NCBI GenBank assembly: GCA_002269645.1
Contig: NIVC01001087.1
Span: 1-64,000, forward strand
DNA: 64,000 nucleotides
Reading direction: 5' to 3'
Source of the DNA: Macrostomum lignano
Taxonomy: Eukaryota
Shown: positions 55,358 to 64,000 of the stretch, piece after piece
Position numbering within the stretch: position 1 is the first letter of the stretch
Layout of the letters: every line of letters starts with the position of its first letter
Notes under the pieces: generated by a model
What the model was told of the DNA's origin: nothing
The model's database searches: none
The model's input: the letters and a program-made list of their open reading frames with translations, nothing else
Translations under genes and position numbers: made by a program

Positions 55358-55803
55358 TGAGTCATTGTCTCACAGAGGGACTCCAGTGTCATTTTGAGTG
55401 AGTCATTGACCGAGAAAAAAGTAATCAAACTTGCCAAGTATGTAGTAAGTCAACAATACAACCTCGTGGCAACTACATTCAATAGGTTTTTTTAAGTATG
55501 CAATGTTTTCTTGAGTCCCTTCTCAAGTACTTTCCAAGTATGCAATGTTTTCTTGAGTCACTTATCAAGTGCTTTCCAAATTAAGTGCTTGGATGCAGAG
55601 ACAGGGCGTACGTACGTTGTAACTTGCAAGTCGATTGAAGTTAGGTAACAACATTGCATACTTTTAAGTTCATGACAATGATACTTTGCAAGCTTGGTAA
55701 ATCAACAATGTCATCCAAGTTCATGGTTGACTTAGGAAGTTTGGCATGTTTTTTTCTCGGGTGATACTCCAATGAATTACAAAGAGCCTTTTTGGGTGAG
55801 TCA
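55358..55803 (+). promoter_or_regulatory. Cluster of four TGAGTCA (AP-1/TRE consensus) motifs upstream of PKC
   Basis: TGAGTCA at 55358, 55399, 55554 and 55797, i.e. 310-760 bp before the PKC ATG. Function is inferred only. Confidence 0.3.
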
Positions 55804-55825
55804 TAATGTTTCTGTGAGAGCCCTC
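55360..55825. mobile_element. Decayed palindromic (MITE-like) element
   Basis: Nested inverted matches: TCTCACAG/CTGTGAGA, CCGAGAAAAAA/TTTTTTCTCGG, TAAGTCAAC/GTTGACTTA, AAGTATGCAATGTT/AACATTGCATACTT, around a central CGTACGTACG. No clean TIR end or TSD found. Confidence 0.45.
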
Positions 55826-56115
55826 ACCCATTTTAAGAAGAAATTTCTGTTTGTTGTTCATTGTATTTTTGTAAAAAAAATACCTAAAGCTGATTGAATG
55901 AACGAAAATTTCGCCTTGCTAATCAAATAATACTAAAATTACAAATAAATCCGGAAAATCGCGTTAATCACGATTGCAAATACGCGGGAGATTCTATTTT
56001 TGGCGCATATTTAAATTCCACGCCTGCTGGCATGGATTGCTAAGACAGAAATCCCTCTCCGCGAATCCCATTCCAAGATAGGCTATCCAAAGCAACTAGA
56101 AGTTAGTAACTAAGC

Positions 56116-61934
<5,819 letters not shown>

Positions 61935-61984
61935 TAAGTGTTCTTCTAGGAGGAGTTCCTAGCTAGCTATGAAGTATGAAGATT

Positions 61985-64000
61985 TCACAGATAGAGAGGC
62001 AGATCCCACACAGAGGTTAGAGAGGCAGATCACACGCAGAGATAGAGAGGCAGATCACACACAGAGGTTAGAGAGGCAGATCACACGCAGAGATAGAGAG
62101 GCAGATCACACACAGAGATAGAGAAGCAGATCACACACAGAGATTAGAGAAGCAGATCACACAGAGATAGAGAGGCAGATCACACACAGAGATTAGAGAA
62201 GCAGATCACACAGAGATTAGAAAAGCAGATCACACACAGAGATAGAGAAGCAGATCACACACAGAGATTAGAGAAGCAGATCACACAGAGATAGAGAGGC
62301 AGATCACACACAGAGATAGAGAAGCAGATCACATACAGAGATAGAGAGGCAGATCACACACAGAGATAGAGAAGCAGATCACATACAGAGATAGAGAGGC
62401 AGATCACACACAGAGATAGAGAAGCAGATCACACACAGAGATAGAGAAGCAGATCACACAGAGATTAGAGAAGCAGATCACACAGAGATTAGAAAAGCAG
62501 ATCACACACAGAGATAGAGAAGCAGATCACACACAGAGATTAGAGAAGCAGATCACACAGAGATAGAGAGGCAGATCACATACAGAGATTAGAGAAGCAG
62601 ATCACACAGAGATAGAGAGGCAGATCACACACAGAGATAGAGAGGCAGATCACACACAGAGATAGAGAAGCAGATCACACAGAGATAGAGAGGCAGATCA
62701 CACACAGAGATAGAGAGGCAGATCACACACAGAGATAGAGAGGCAGATCACACAGAGATAGAGAGGCAGATCACACACAGAGATAGAGAAGCAGATCACA
62801 CACAGAGATAGAGAAGCAGATCACACAGAGATAGAGAGGCAGATCACACACAGAGATAGAGAGGCAGATCACACACAGAGATAGAGAGGCAGATCACACA
62901 GAGATAGAGAGGCAGATCACACACAGAGATAGAGAAGCAGATCACACAGAGATAGAGAAGCAGATCACACAGAGATAGAGAGGCAGATCACACACAGAGA
63001 TAGAGAAGCAGATCACACAGAGATAGAGAAGCAGATCACACAGAGATAGAGAGGCAGATCACACAGAGATTAGAGAGATAGAGAGGCAGATCACATACAG
63101 AGATAGAGAGGCAGATCACACAGAGATTAGAGAGATAGAGAGGCAGATCACATACAGAGATAGAGAGGCAGATCACATACAGAGATAGAGAAGCAGATCA
63201 CACAGAGATAGAGAGGCAGATCACACACAGAGATAGAGAAGCAGATCACACAGAGATAGAGAGGCAGATCACACAGAGATTAGAGAGATAGAGAGGCAGA
63301 TCACATACAGAGATAGAGAGGCAGATCACACACAGAGATAGAGAAGCAGATCACACACAGAGATAGAGAAGCAGATCACACACAGAGATTAGAGAAGCAG
63401 ATCACACAGAGATTAGAAAAGCAGATCACACACAGAGATAGAGAAGCAGATCACACACAGAGATTAGAGAAGCAGATCACACAGAGATAGAGAGGCAGAT
63501 CACACACAGAGATAGAGAAGCAGATCACATACAGAGATAGAGAGGCAGATCACACACAGAGATAGGGAGGCAGATCACACACAGAGATAGAGAAGCAGAT
63601 CACATACAGAGATAGAGAGGCAGATCACACACAGAGATAGAGAAGCAGATCACACACAGAGATAGAGAAGCAGATCACACAGAGATTAGAGAAGCAGATC
63701 ACACAGAGATTAGAAAAGCAGATCACACACAGAGATAGAGAAGCAGATCACACACAGAGATTAGAGAAGCAGATCACACAGAGATAGAGAGGCAGATCAC
63801 ATACAGAGATTAGAGAAGCAGATCACACAGAGATAGAGAGGCAGATCACATACAGAGATAGAGAGGCAGATCACACACAGAGATAGAGAGGCAGATCACA
63901 CACAGAGATAGAGAAGCAGATCACATACAGAGATAGAGAGGCAGATCACACACAGAGATAGAGAAGCAGATCACACACAGAGATAGAGAAGCAGATCACA
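61985..64000. repeat. 23-25 bp intronic minisatellite (CACACAGAGATAGAGAGGCAGAT), runs off window
   Basis: Direct; more than 80 copies. Confidence 0.97.

Overview
Eukaryotic (animal) genomic DNA with spliceosomal GT-AG introns. The density of GC-rich coding exons, poly-Q tracts and intron-filling minisatellites resembles the free-living flatworm Macrostomum; this is an inference, not a verified assignment. Genes read manually on both strands: (1) the 5' end of a cGMP-dependent protein kinase (minus strand) with two alternative leucine-zipper first exons; (2) an intronless, highly divergent TRPV-like 6-TM channel; (3) a two-exon CD20/MS4A-like 4-TM protein; (4) a complete 15-exon delphilin/GRID2IP-like formin of about 1443 aa (3 PDZ, 3 harmonin-N-like domains, FH1, FH2); (5) a two-exon membrane-anchored JmjC oxygenase ending in KAEL; (6) the first six exons of a conventional PKC. 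Mobile DNA: a hAT MITE with an internal 21-bp array and 8-bp TSD, an internally deleted mariner inside a (TATC)n microsatellite, two 5'-truncated LINE ends with TSDs, and a decayed palindromic element upstream of PKC. Roughly a third of the window is mini/microsatellite, and most long ORFs in the supplied track are repeat artefacts. No rRNA, tRNA, CRISPR or prokaryotic system is supported. The most unusual signals are the inverted pair of homologous minisatellite arms around a small open core (foldback-like, 27.8-30.3 kb), the shared GATY core and 20-21 bp period of unrelated arrays, the divergent TRPV-like channel and the putative ER-lumenal JmjC enzyme.
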